From NCBI GenBank assembly GCA_031581485.1, contig JAVLBA010000003.1, forward strand, positions 5,673 to 69,672: a stretch of 64,000 nt of DNA. Reading direction: 5' to 3'. The stretch is from Desulfurivibrionaceae bacterium (GTDB taxonomy: Bacteria; Desulfobacterota; Desulfobulbia; Desulfobulbales; SURF-16). Below are positions 1 to 8,357 of this stretch, piece by piece. The translations under genes were made by a program, and so were the position numbers. Every line of letters begins with the position of its first letter. Position 1 is the stretch's first letter. Under the pieces are notes generated by a model. That model was not told where the DNA came from. It saw only the letters and a program-made list of their open reading frames with translations, and made no database searches.

Positions 1-1
1 C

Positions 2-94
2 TTTCTGGTCAACCAGTACAGAGAAGGCCTGGGTCTCACCAATTCCCCCCTGAAGATCCTGCTCCGGGAACGTAAGCGCAAGAGTTACGGCTGA
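2..94 (+). CDS. 3' end of an unidentified CDS entering from the left edge (partial)
   Basis: Open frame from the window edge to TGA at 92-94 (...FLVNQYREGLGLTNSPLKILLRERKRKSYG*). The shared hairpin terminator follows. Too short to assign a family. Confidence 0.25.
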   Translation, partial: FLVNQYREGLGLTNSPLKILLRERKRKSYG

Positions 95-154
95 TATCGG
101 GGGCCAGGGAGCGTGCCAGCGAGACGCCTGGCGGGCGTAGTGCTGCAGCAGCCA

Positions 155-200
155 TAAAAAAAGCGGCATGACCTTGTTCAAAGGTCATGCCGCTTTTTTT
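155..200. terminator. Bidirectional rho-independent terminator between convergent genes
   Basis: Perfect 12-bp stem GCGGCATGACCT (163-174) / AGGTCATGCCGC (182-193), flanked by an A-run (155-162) and a T-run (194-200). Confidence 0.85.
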
Positions 201-223
201 ATGGGGCAGGGAAGGGTCGAAGA

Positions 224-1450
224 CTATCTGAGCTCAGCGCTCAGGCGCTCCATGGCCTTCACCACATTGTCGTAGGAGTTGAAGGCGGAGAGGCGGATAT
301 AGCCCTGGCCGCATTTGCCAAATCCTGCCCCCGGCGTACAGACCACGCCGGCCTTGTTGAGCAGCAGGTCAAAAAACTCCCAGGAGTCACGGCCCTGGCC
401 GTCGATCCAGATGTAGGGAGAGTTGTCGCCCCCCACGGAATCAAAACCAAGCTTGCCGATCTCGGCCTTGATATGGGCGGCGTTGCGCAGATAATAATCG
501 GTGAGCTCCCTGGTCTGGATCTTGCCCTCGGCGCTGTATACGGCCTCAGCGGCCTTCTGGATGGGATAGGAGACCCCGTTGAACTTGGTGCAGTGGCGGC
601 GGTTCCAGAGGGGATGGACGGCCTGCTTGTTGCCCTTGCTGTCAAAGGCCATGCACGCCTTGGGAACCACGGTGTAGGCGCAGCGGGTGCCGGTGAAGCC
701 GGCGTTTTTGGAGAAGCTGCGAAACTCGATGGCCACCTCTTGGGCGCCCTCAATCTCATAGATGGATCTGGGCAGAGATTCGTCGCGGATAAAGGCCTCG
801 TAGGCCGCATCAAAAAGGATCAGGGCCTTGTTCTTACGGGCATAGTCAACCCAGGCCTTGAGCTCTTCTTTGGTGGCGGTGCTGCCGGTGGGGTTGTTGG
901 GGAAGCAGAGGTAGATGAGATCAACCGGCTCCTGGGGCAGATCCGGCACATAGTTGTTGGCCTTTACGGAGTCGAGGTAGGTAATGCCCTGGTAGCGGCC
1001 GTCCTGGAAGGTGCCGGTGCGGCCGGCCATGACATTGGTGTCCAGGTAGACCGGGTAGACCGGGTCGGGCAGGGCTATTTTGGCGCTGGTGGTGAAGAGT
1101 TCCTGGATGTTGCCGGTGTCGCACTTGGCGCCGTCGCTGACGAAAATCTCATCGGCGCTGATGTCGGCACCCCGCGCCTGGAAATCATTCTTGGCAATGG
1201 CCTCACGCAGGAAGGCATAGCCCTGTTCAGGGCCGTAGCCGTGGAAGGTGGTATCGCTTGCCATCTCATCCACAGCAGCGTGCAGGGCCTTGATGCATGC
1301 CTCGGGTAAGGGCCTGGTGACGTCGCCGATCCCCAGGCGGATGATGTCCTTGTCCGGGTTATTTTCTTGGAAGGTGGCAATCCGCTGGGCAATGTCAGAG
1401 AAGAGATACGATGCCTGCAGCTTCAGGTAATTTTCATTGATGGTGATCAT
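224..1450 (-). CDS. dapL: LL-diaminopimelate aminotransferase
   Basis: Product starts [24 protein letters not shown], the typical DapL N-terminus. Class I/II aminotransferase core includes the [18 protein letters not shown]-lysine region. ATG at 1450 is preferred over the upstream non-ATG start of the ORF track (1492). Confidence 0.9.
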   Translation of the reverse strand: MITINENYLKLQASYLFSDIAQRIATFQENNPDKDIIRLGIGDVTRPLPEACIKALHAAVDEMASDTTFHGYGPEQGYAFLREAIAKNDFQARGADISADEIFVSDGAKCDTGNIQELFTTSAKIALPDPVYPVYLDTNVMAGRTGTFQDGRYQGITYLDSVKANNYVPDLPQEPVDLIYLCFPNNPTGSTATKEELKAWVDYARKNKALILFDAAYEAFIRDESLPRSIYEIEGAQEVAIEFRSFSKNAGFTGTRCAYTVVPKACMAFDSKGNKQAVHPLWNRRHCTKFNGVSYPIQKAAEAVYSAEGKIQTRELTDYYLRNAAHIKAEIGKLGFDSVGGDNSPYIWIDGQGRDSWEFFDLLLNKAGVVCTPGAGFGKCGQGYIRLSAFNSYDNVVKAMERLSAELR

Positions 1451-1497
1451 GGCAACCTCAGTGGGTAGTGATTCGCGGAGAATGTAAAGCAACCAAC

Positions 1498-1526
1498 TCT
1501 ATAAAACACAGGCCTTTTTATGTCAA
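1498..1526 (-). promoter_or_regulatory. Candidate sigma70 promoter for dapL
   Basis: On the minus strand: TTGACA (1526-1521), a 17-nt spacer, then TATAGA (1503-1498), about 45 nt upstream of the dapL ATG. Confidence 0.5.
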
Positions 1527-1836
1527 TCAAGATGGTCTGCCGGCAACCCGTGCCAAAAAGGAGGGAGGACCACTTTTCCTCTGTAACCAGCTGTCTTGAA
1601 AAAGAAACTTCTTGTGGTGCTCCATGTTGTCAGGTAGAGATATACCCCCTGCTCTATTTATCCGGAATTATCTGGTCAGTTCTATAACACCCCCAACGTG
1701 AGAGTGAAAAGTAACTGTTTTAGGAAGATAATACAGATATTTTACCTATGATGGGACAATCTGGAGGTTAGGGGCAGAGTGAAAAATTAGAAAAACAAAA
1801 GTCAAAAGCGGATTTGGCCCCTTCTTAGGGGGTGAT

Positions 1837-2520
1837 ATGACGGACAAAATTCCACTTATTAAACTGTTATGCAATAAAAAAATTATTATGCATGAAAGAG
1901 ACCTATATTTTTGGATTAAATTTGGAAATCGCAAAAACATGGAAAGCCTTATGACTTCAGGCACTCTTTTCATGCAACGTTTATCAAAATTTAGAGAAAT
2001 AGAAGAGGAGGAACGTGGCGATCCAGATGATGGAATTGATCACTCTCTCCAGCCAAACCAAACTCAATTATTAATAAATGGGGGAGCAATTAATGGAGTC
2101 GCAGGCCCCATCAGAATAATTGAAAACGCGTCTGTGAATCCATTAATCTACTGCCTATACGCCTTCACATCTGACCATCTGAAAACTATTGGCAAAAACT
2201 ATATAGACAAAAGGTGTTTAGAATTTGGAGACACAGTCGTCATAATCAAAGGAGCAGATTTTTACGAACGTATAAAAACAAAATGCGACAAAATAAAAGC
2301 AGAAATTGAAGGAAAATTAGTCAATTATGTGGACAGAAGCTATCATGGAAAAATGGGTCCATTTAAAAAATATTCTAATTTCAAACATCAAAGCGAGTAT
2401 CGTTTTGTTCTGAACAGCAATATAAAAGACGAAAACTACAAATTTGATATTGGCCCAATTGAAGACATAGCAGAACTACATCCAGCAGATAAAGTAAATG
2501 ACATTATAAAAATTGCATAA
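1837..2520 (+). CDS. Hypothetical cytoplasmic protein (orphan, AT-rich islet)
   Basis: 227-aa ORF with a strong RBS (AGGGGGTGAT immediately before the ATG). Lys/Ile/Asn-rich, matching the AT-rich islet. Contains an acidic stretch EIEEEERGDPDDGIDH. I could not assign a family. Confidence 0.6.
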   Translation: MTDKIPLIKLLCNKKIIMHERDLYFWIKFGNRKNMESLMTSGTLFMQRLSKFREIEEEERGDPDDGIDHSLQPNQTQLLINGGAINGVAGPIRIIENASVNPLIYCLYAFTSDHLKTIGKNYIDKRCLEFGDTVVIIKGADFYERIKTKCDKIKAEIEGKLVNYVDRSYHGKMGPFKKYSNFKHQSEYRFVLNSNIKDENYKFDIGPIEDIAELHPADKVNDIIKIA

Positions 2521-2621
2521 ATTGACATAACAAGGGTTTGCAGGTTTTTTGTTGTAATATGTTAGTTCATTTTTTTGATTTATAAATTTGTTTGAACGTA
2601 AACATTTTAGGGAGAAGTTTA

Positions 2622-3044
2622 ATGAAGATTGCAATATTGATAATATCACTGTTCTCTATGCTTATTTTTTCAGGTGTAGCTCTGGCTGGGGGGAAAGTTG
2701 TTTCTGGGGAAGAATACCGAAGTACCTGGATATCATTCTATAAAGAGTTTAGAGTTATGCACAGCGATGGTACTACTTATAGCGGATTTGGGGCCAACAA
2801 CCCAAAGGCTCATAGGTGGATTAAAAAGGTTAGGCAATACTCACAAACTACACGTCCAAATCATACTAAGTGGGGATTCTTTAATTTGCCGAATGGTGAT
2901 TTTGTGACCTTCGGAGATTTGGCAACTATTGTTCCCGGAATTCTTAATAGTGACCCTAGAACCGACTTGATTTTAACCAAATATGAGCTTGCTATGATTT
3001 GCGTAGAGAACCCTGATATATGTAAAAAATATGAAATTGAGTAA
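2622..3044 (+). CDS. Hypothetical secreted small protein (signal peptide)
   Basis: ATG at 2622 is preceded by GGAGA (2611-2615). N-terminus MKIAILIISLFSMLIFSGVALAGG looks like a Sec signal peptide. The mature part of about 115 aa has two Cys near the C-terminus. No family recognised. Confidence 0.6.
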   Translation: MKIAILIISLFSMLIFSGVALAGGKVVSGEEYRSTWISFYKEFRVMHSDGTTYSGFGANNPKAHRWIKKVRQYSQTTRPNHTKWGFFNLPNGDFVTFGDLATIVPGILNSDPRTDLILTKYELAMICVENPDICKKYEIE

Positions 3045-3213
3045 AGTCCCTATTCTGGCAGTAGTTTCCGTTTTGAGATAACTCATTGATTTTACGTTAT
3101 GTGATTTTCTGTCTTTCGTAAACTTTTTAGCATTGCACGATGTAACCGGGAGAAGGTGACGTCCATAAGATTATAAGTTTCTTTTCTCCTTGTCGGGTTT
3201 TAATCTCACGCGT

Positions 3214-3270
3214 ATGCTACGCAAAACTCGCATAGATGCTCCGGGTGCCTTGCATCATTTTATCTGTCGT
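3214..3270 (+). pseudogene. N-terminal fragment of an IS200-like / REP-associated Y1 transposase
   Basis: MLRKTRIDAPGALHHFICR matches the conserved N-terminus (..RIDAPGALHH.I.RG) of Y1 transposase-like proteins. Similarity stops exactly where the short dispersed repeat at 3272-3300 begins, so only about 19 codons remain. Confidence 0.5.
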
Positions 3271-3271
3271 G

Positions 3272-3300
3272 TAAATTATGGGGTCAGGTTCAAATTAAAG
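3272..3300. repeat. Dispersed ~30-bp repeat, copy 1 (TAAATTATGGGGTCAGGTTCAAATTAAAG)
   Basis: Related copies at 8111-8140 (TAAATTATGGGGTTCGAGTCAAATTAAAAC), in inverted form at 8165-8184, and at 16011-16035 (AATTGAGGTCAGAGTAAAATTAAAT). Confidence 0.7.
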
Positions 3301-3559
3301 CAGATTCGACATTCAGTCCGACATCCTGGTGCAGGCCGCGCATTTCCTTCCCGGGACATCCTGGGTCGCCTCTGCTGGTGCTCCGTACTCTCCCTTCCAC
3401 TGTTTGGTTTTTGGGGATTTTGCCCGCAAAATCGTTGAAAGGGCTAAGAAATGACGAGGACACGTAGCGATAGTCCCTGGTTATACTCATATAGGGTTAT
3501 TTTTTGTCTGCCTTTGATCTCTTCCAATCTAAGATCGAAAAAAATATCAATTCAACGTT

Positions 3560-4930
3560 CTAGTTAGTACCTGTCGTCCTGTTTACTTCTGAAATATATC
3601 GATCAACATCAAATTTTCGACGGCAGCCGTTTTGGTTCATGTAACGGACCTTGCCAAAGACCAGTCGGCTGGGCCAGGCCCGATCATGGACACCGCCGAT
3701 GCTCCAGGCAATGCCGCTGTAACCGTTTGGGTCGCGTCCATCCAGGGAATATTTGTCGTTTAAATAGATTGAAACGGACATGGCCTCTTCAGGGCAGGAA
3801 GTCCACTCCAGGATTTTCTTGGCCCAGTACATCCGCAAGTAACCGTGCAGCTTGCCTTTATATGCAAGGTCCTGCTGGCAGGCGTTCCACAGCCTGTCAG
3901 CGGTTTCCGCCTGCTCAAACTGATCACGGCTATAGAGGTATTCACGCTTGTCGCGCCGATGGTCAGCATGGCTCTTCCTGGCCCAATCCGGAAAAGCTTC
4001 TACTGTGTCATACCTTTGATTGTAGTAGCAAAAATTATCTGCCAGCTCGCGCCGAACAATCAACTCCTCAAGGAAATCTTGCTTGGCCCCTTGCGGAGCT
4101 TGAGATCGTTCAACCTCCAGAGCCAGGCGCTGGGCTGACAGCTGGCCGAAATGAAGATAGGGTGAAAGGCCGGACTGGCCATTGAGGCAGGGGTCGTTTC
4201 TTCTGTCTGGATACCCTGCCAGACGATTTTGAATAAAATCCGTCATGGCTTGCCATGCCCCAGCTTCTCCTGGCACAAAAAAGGAGGACTCGGCTACTGA
4301 TTGATCCCTGACCCTGTTGAGGATGGTTTTTACTTCAACGTTGCTTATGGGGCCGGCGGAAGGGAAAGGGTGGACAACCAAGGTGGGGAAATCAGTCAAA
4401 AAATCGGCCAGTTTGCTCTTTATTTTCGGCCTGATGGTGTAGGCTGCGTATTCCTGTTTATTCGAGGTCTGCCAGCAGGGGATGATGTTATGGCTGTCCA
4501 CTTCATAAACCGACATGGAGGCCTGATCCAGAAGCTGATTTTTCCACTGATGTTTGATGCGTAAAGGGTCGAAATCGGTAACTACAGAACTGCAGTTCTC
4601 TTTAGTCAAAAATCGCGCCACCTCGTAACCCGGATCTCCAAAGAGCAGATCAAAGCCTATATCCAAAGGTTTCAGAGTATGGGCAACCTCTTTCAGGCCT
4701 CTGGTCAGGAACCCGAAATGACGGAGATTGGCTCCCAAAAAATCAGAGGTCAGGCAGAAAACCACCCGCAGATCCCGCTTTAGCTCCAGGGCAAGATGCT
4801 GGGCATAGAGCAGGGCCCAATTATCAGCAACCCGTTGATCCCTGCTCATCCAGTAATACACGGGGCCGGTTCCCAGAGTGCCGGCTGCCAGGAGCCGCAC
4901 CCTCATGGAATCGACCCCCTGCTCAGTCAT
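3560..4930 (-). CDS. phr: Deoxyribodipyrimidine photolyase, class II
   Basis: GPVYYWMSRDQRVADNWALLYAQ near the N-terminus and WNACQQDLAYKGKLHGYLRMYWAKKILEW / GGVHDRAW near the C-terminus are class II CPD photolyase signatures. The ATG at 4930 overlaps the upstream stop (ATGACTGA). An alternative ATG is at 4906. Confidence 0.88.
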   Translation of the reverse strand: MTEQGVDSMRVRLLAAGTLGTGPVYYWMSRDQRVADNWALLYAQHLALELKRDLRVVFCLTSDFLGANLRHFGFLTRGLKEVAHTLKPLDIGFDLLFGDPGYEVARFLTKENCSSVVTDFDPLRIKHQWKNQLLDQASMSVYEVDSHNIIPCWQTSNKQEYAAYTIRPKIKSKLADFLTDFPTLVVHPFPSAGPISNVEVKTILNRVRDQSVAESSFFVPGEAGAWQAMTDFIQNRLAGYPDRRNDPCLNGQSGLSPYLHFGQLSAQRLALEVERSQAPQGAKQDFLEELIVRRELADNFCYYNQRYDTVEAFPDWARKSHADHRRDKREYLYSRDQFEQAETADRLWNACQQDLAYKGKLHGYLRMYWAKKILEWTSCPEEAMSVSIYLNDKYSLDGRDPNGYSGIAWSIGGVHDRAWPSRLVFGKVRYMNQNGCRRKFDVDRYISEVNRTTGTN

Positions 4931-7127
4931 CGCCTTTTCCACCCAGGGTAACGATGCCAAGATACCCATCCACGGTAATAACCTGACCGCTGGTAATAAG
5001 CGTCATCGCCTCCGGAATACCAGTCACACAGGGAATACCGTATTCACGGGCGATTATCGCACCGTGGATCAGCATGCCACCCCGTCTTTCGACAATGGCT
5101 GCCGCCAACGGCGCAACAAAGGTCATATTAGGGTCAATGGCGTCTACAACAAGGATCTCGCCCTCTTGAAAAGATGCCAGATCACTGGGGTCTTGAATGA
5201 GCCGGCATGGTCCACGGGCGATGCCCCTGGCAGCGGGCTGCCCTGTGAGCTGGCGAGCCTTGATCTGAGTTTTAAGGGTGGTTGCCTCTTTGCTCTTTGC
5301 CGCACCGCTTGACACAGCATCTATTTTTTCACCGCGCAGGGCCTTAATAATACGCTCTGGTTCTGCCTTGCCAAACAGTGCCTGATCATCCAGCCTTTTT
5401 TTTGCTTCACTCACAGCAACAGCAAGCTGTTGTTCAATCTTGCCCAAATAAATATTATCGTCATCACGCAGGCGGTAGCTTGCTCGACCTAAGTCGAGTA
5501 TCTCCTGGCCGGAAAAAGCAAGCTGGGCAAGACGTGCCTTTTCTAAAAAAAGCTTCACCTTTTCCTGAGCTGCCGTTTCCCTGGTGCTCTGCATTGGCTT
5601 CTTGGCAAATTGACCAAGCACGGCAAAGAGCATTTTTTGCGAGTCCTGCTCATCCACCAAGTCCGTCTGACTGCTGAAAAGGTTGCCGAACCCTCTTTTA
5701 AGCTGATTCAGCTTTACTAAAAACTCCTCATGGGTAATTGCCGACAAATACCCCCGGTTCAACTGCCCGGCCAGTTGGGGATCTTCATTGATTAAGGCAG
5801 CAAGCTCTGCCATCAGCTTGTTTCGTGCTGTACTCAGCATGGCATTGCCGGCAAGAAGCGAAACAAACTCAAAAGGTTCATCCGGTTTAATCAGGTCGTT
5901 ATACACCTCACCAAAAAGCCTCATACCATGAGCAAAGGGGATGAACTGCTGCCAATAGATATCAACCCATTTCTGATTGATGGCCATCCGCCGTTCGACT
6001 TCGGCGGCCAACTCCAGATCAGACATTGACTCCAGCTTAATTTCCTCAAGTGCCTTGGCCTCCTCAGCCATGGCCGGTAGCTGGGTGCCCTCAATTTCCT
6101 GTTGCAGTTTGATGAGGTTCCCGAAACTGCGGTGCAGGCTGAAGTACCATGATCGCTCATCCTTTTGATCCCCGACAGCAAGGGACGTAACCGGTCTTGA
6201 CTGCAGGACAATGAGCTTACCGTTGCTGAAAGTCCATTCACAATCCTGAGGGCAGCCAAAATACTTTTCAAGATCAAGGGCAAGATTGCCTACAGCGGCA
6301 AGCTCTTCATTGCTCAGGGACGGTTTTGCTGCCTGACTGCCGACAACCTCCTGCTTGTGGAGGCCATGCCCATCCCGTAAAATTGCTTGCCGGGGCTGAT
6401 TCGCCTCGCTCAAAGAGAGCACTGAGCCATTTTTTCGGTCCACAATCCAGCGATCAGGCTCGATCTCGCCGTCAACAAGGCCCTGATTAAAACCATAGAC
6501 CGATTCGATTACCATTTGGCCGGGCTGGTCAGGATGCTGGCTAAAAACAATGCCTGACGTATCACTGTCGATCATATCCTGGATGACCACCGCCATGCGC
6601 GACTGCCGGGCATCAAGACCAAGTTCCTGACGGTAGAGAAGAGCCCGGTCGTTCCATAAGGATGCCCACACCTTCTTTATATGATCAAAAAGCTGCTCCA
6701 CTCCCCGGATATCAAGATAAGACTCGTGGAGGCCGGCAAAGGATGTATGTCCGGCATCTTCGTCAGGCGCCGAGGAGCGAACCGCCATGGCTTTACCGAC
6801 AAAATGACGTTCAACATATTCTCTGATTTGGCTGGCCAGTTGATCAGGGAACCTGCCATTGAGGAATAAATTACGGATACGCAGCGAGGCATCCCAAATC
6901 TCCTCCCATCGCATTTCTTTAAAATCCTTTCGCGCCAGTTCAAGCTGAATCTTCTCCCTGGCGCCATTGGCAGCAAGAAAATCATCATAGGCAGTGCTAT
7001 GCAGACAGAGAGTAGCAGGTATGGAAAATCCACCGTGGGCCAGACGCGCCAGGGCCGCGCCTTTGCCGCCCAGGAGGCTGACACTGTCAACACTGTTGGC
7101 TTTATTAAGCAAAGATATCATGGTCAT
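4923..7127 (-). CDS. PEP-utilising enzyme family phosphotransferase (PpsA / rifampicin-phosphotransferase-like architecture)
   Basis: N-terminal ATP-grasp PPDK_N-type region (LLGGKGAALARLAHGGFSIPATLCL ... SSAPDEDAGHTSFAGLHESYL). C-terminal swivel phosphohistidine domain (GEILVVDAIDPNMTFVAPLAAAIVERRGGMLIHGAIIAREYGIPCV). No C-terminal PEP/pyruvate TIM-barrel, so the substrate is unknown. Confidence 0.8.
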   Translation of the reverse strand: MTMISLLNKANSVDSVSLLGGKGAALARLAHGGFSIPATLCLHSTAYDDFLAANGAREKIQLELARKDFKEMRWEEIWDASLRIRNLFLNGRFPDQLASQIREYVERHFVGKAMAVRSSAPDEDAGHTSFAGLHESYLDIRGVEQLFDHIKKVWASLWNDRALLYRQELGLDARQSRMAVVIQDMIDSDTSGIVFSQHPDQPGQMVIESVYGFNQGLVDGEIEPDRWIVDRKNGSVLSLSEANQPRQAILRDGHGLHKQEVVGSQAAKPSLSNEELAAVGNLALDLEKYFGCPQDCEWTFSNGKLIVLQSRPVTSLAVGDQKDERSWYFSLHRSFGNLIKLQQEIEGTQLPAMAEEAKALEEIKLESMSDLELAAEVERRMAINQKWVDIYWQQFIPFAHGMRLFGEVYNDLIKPDEPFEFVSLLAGNAMLSTARNKLMAELAALINEDPQLAGQLNRGYLSAITHEEFLVKLNQLKRGFGNLFSSQTDLVDEQDSQKMLFAVLGQFAKKPMQSTRETAAQEKVKLFLEKARLAQLAFSGQEILDLGRASYRLRDDDNIYLGKIEQQLAVAVSEAKKRLDDQALFGKAEPERIIKALRGEKIDAVSSGAAKSKEATTLKTQIKARQLTGQPAARGIARGPCRLIQDPSDLASFQEGEILVVDAIDPNMTFVAPLAAAIVERRGGMLIHGAIIAREYGIPCVTGIPEAMTLITSGQVITVDGYLGIVTLGGKGDD

Positions 7128-7596
7128 CCGTCATATGCAGTTCCATAACGTGCTGAAAGTTATTAACCAGGATGTAACTTCGCACCGTCACCTGTAAAAA
7201 AGCGGTGGAAGGAGAATGAATGAACTCTTCAAGGTATGGGTGCCGAGTTAGATAGAGGGACCGACAGGCTGCAAGATCATCTTCCCCAACTTCACTGACG
7301 ACACCCATAATAGTGACGGCCTCGGCCTGGTGAAAATCAACCTCGGTATTGCTGCGACTGTCCACCAACAGCGAGACACGCGGTTCTGATATGAGGTTGA
7401 TAAATTTTCTGGTAGCCTTCGGAGTTACAAAATAGATATGTCTCAAATCTTTGCTATGAGCAAAAGCAATCAGGCTACTATAGGGTTGGCCATGGCGCTG
7501 TGACGCCAAAACAGCTAAAAGCTGACTTTCCAGAAGGGCAGAAATTTTTTTACGAATTTCTTTTTCCGTTTCCTGAGGTTGAGTCACGATAATCAC
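7105..7596 (-). CDS. Pyridoxamine 5'-phosphate oxidase-like FMN-binding protein
   Basis: 163 aa with LAVLASQRHGQPYSSLIAFAHSKDLRHIYFVTPKATRKFINLISEPRVSLLVD, the split-barrel PNPOx-like pattern. Overlaps the downstream gene by 23 nt, consistent with an operon. Confidence 0.7.
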   Translation of the reverse strand: MIIVTQPQETEKEIRKKISALLESQLLAVLASQRHGQPYSSLIAFAHSKDLRHIYFVTPKATRKFINLISEPRVSLLVDSRSNTEVDFHQAEAVTIMGVVSEVGEDDLAACRSLYLTRHPYLEEFIHSPSTAFLQVTVRSYILVNNFQHVMELHMTDDHDIFA

Positions 7597-7669
7597 CTAA
7601 TATAATTTATATTTTTTACCCGAACATTGTCTGCCCAAATTCCACCACTGGCCCATGCCACATTTTTCT

Positions 7670-7702
7670 TTGACAAATAATAGCAGTTTCCTATCCTATA
7701 AT
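7670..7702 (+). promoter_or_regulatory. Possible promoter elements upstream of the small-ORF array
   Basis: Perfect TTGACA (7670-7675) and perfect TATAAT (7697-7702), but the 21-nt spacer is too long for a canonical sigma70 promoter. An alternative -10, TATCCT, sits at 16-nt spacing. Confidence 0.3.
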
Positions 7703-7742
7703 ATCAACCTTATCTTGTTTATCTTAACAAAAGAAGAGCATT

Positions 7743-7862
7743 ATGCCTGATCTAGAAAAATCCGGTGGCTACGAAAGTATGGTGTGGGTTCGGGACAAGG
7801 ATGGCAAGGAGTATGCCTATAAGGTAATGGAACCTTACAAGATTAACTCAACGAAAAGGTGA
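7743..7862 (+). CDS. Small ORF, divergent and 3'-replaced paralogue of the 60-aa protein
   Basis: MPDLEKSGGYESMVWVRDKDGKEYAYKVMEPYKINSTKR*. The core GGYESMVWVRDKDGKEYA parallels GGFGNLVWVRDKDGKEYA of the next ORF. Its 3' end runs into the leader of the 238-bp repeat unit. Confidence 0.35.
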   Translation: MPDLEKSGGYESMVWVRDKDGKEYAYKVMEPYKINSTKR

Positions 7863-8056
7863 ACGTCATGGCCGATAAAGCACAAGGTGGATTCGGAAAT
7901 TTGGTATGGGTTCGGGATAAAGACGGAAAAGAGTATGCTTGTTCCGTTGAAGCCCTAAAAGGTAATATCAAAACAAAAGAAGAGCTTACTGAGGAGGAAA
8001 GAGAAAATTGTACGGATGTAAGCACCATCATTGGCACTGAGCGTTGGTAAATTTGG
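7819..8056 (+). repeat. 238-bp direct repeat, copy A (leader plus 60-aa ORF)
   Basis: Nearly identical to 9304-9541 (offset 1485 bp). Mismatches occur only in the first ~12 bp and last ~12 bp, plus one synonymous CGT/CGC change in the ORF. Confidence 0.95.
7868..8050 (+). CDS. Conserved-looking 60-aa protein, copy 1 (unknown function)
   Basis: MADKAQGGFGNLVWVRDKDGKEYACSVEALKGNIKTKEELTEEERENCTDVSTIIGTERW. RBS AAGGTGA lies 5 nt upstream and a terminator follows. Purifying selection is suggested by an identical second copy whose only difference is synonymous. Confidence 0.6.
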   Translation: MADKAQGGFGNLVWVRDKDGKEYACSVEALKGNIKTKEELTEEERENCTDVSTIIGTERW

Positions 8057-8074
8057 CCAGCAAACAACAGCCCA

Positions 8075-8109
8075 AACCCGCTTTGTGATTAACAGAGCGG
8101 GGTTTTTTT
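8075..8109 (+). terminator. Rho-independent terminator after small ORF copy 1
   Basis: Stem CCCGCT (8077-8082) / AGCGGG (8096-8101) followed by a T-run (8103-8109). Confidence 0.65.
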
Positions 8110-8110
8110 A

Positions 8111-8184
8111 TAAATTATGGGGTTCGAGTCAAATTAAAACAGGGAATAGAGTAAGCTGATACTCGTTTAATTTTACTCTGGCCC
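8111..8184. mobile_element. MITE-like 74-bp element with ~20-bp terminal inverted repeats
   Basis: The left end GGGGTTCGAGTCAAATTAAAAC and the reverse complement of the right end GGGCCAGAGTAAAATTAAAC are imperfect inverted repeats. The ends belong to the same family as 3272-3300 and 16011-16035. Confidence 0.5.
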
Positions 8185-8357
8185 GGACAACAGCAGTTAA
8201 TGCCTTGATATTTTTCCATATTTTTTATCTGTTCAATGCCCGTTATCTAAAGGCACCCGTCCTTACTGGTCTTTGGCCTTGTTGAAATTGAGAAGGTGAT
8301 TGTACGACGAAATGAAAATAGCGCCTGCGTGAAATGGCTGATCTGTTCAATCTTACC

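Noticed and set aside
3190-3438. 82-aa ORF as an intact gene
   Set aside because: Only codons 9-27 (RIDAPGALHHFICR) resemble a real protein, a Y1 transposase. The remainder starts at a dispersed repeat and has no coding character, so only the fragment is annotated as a pseudogene.
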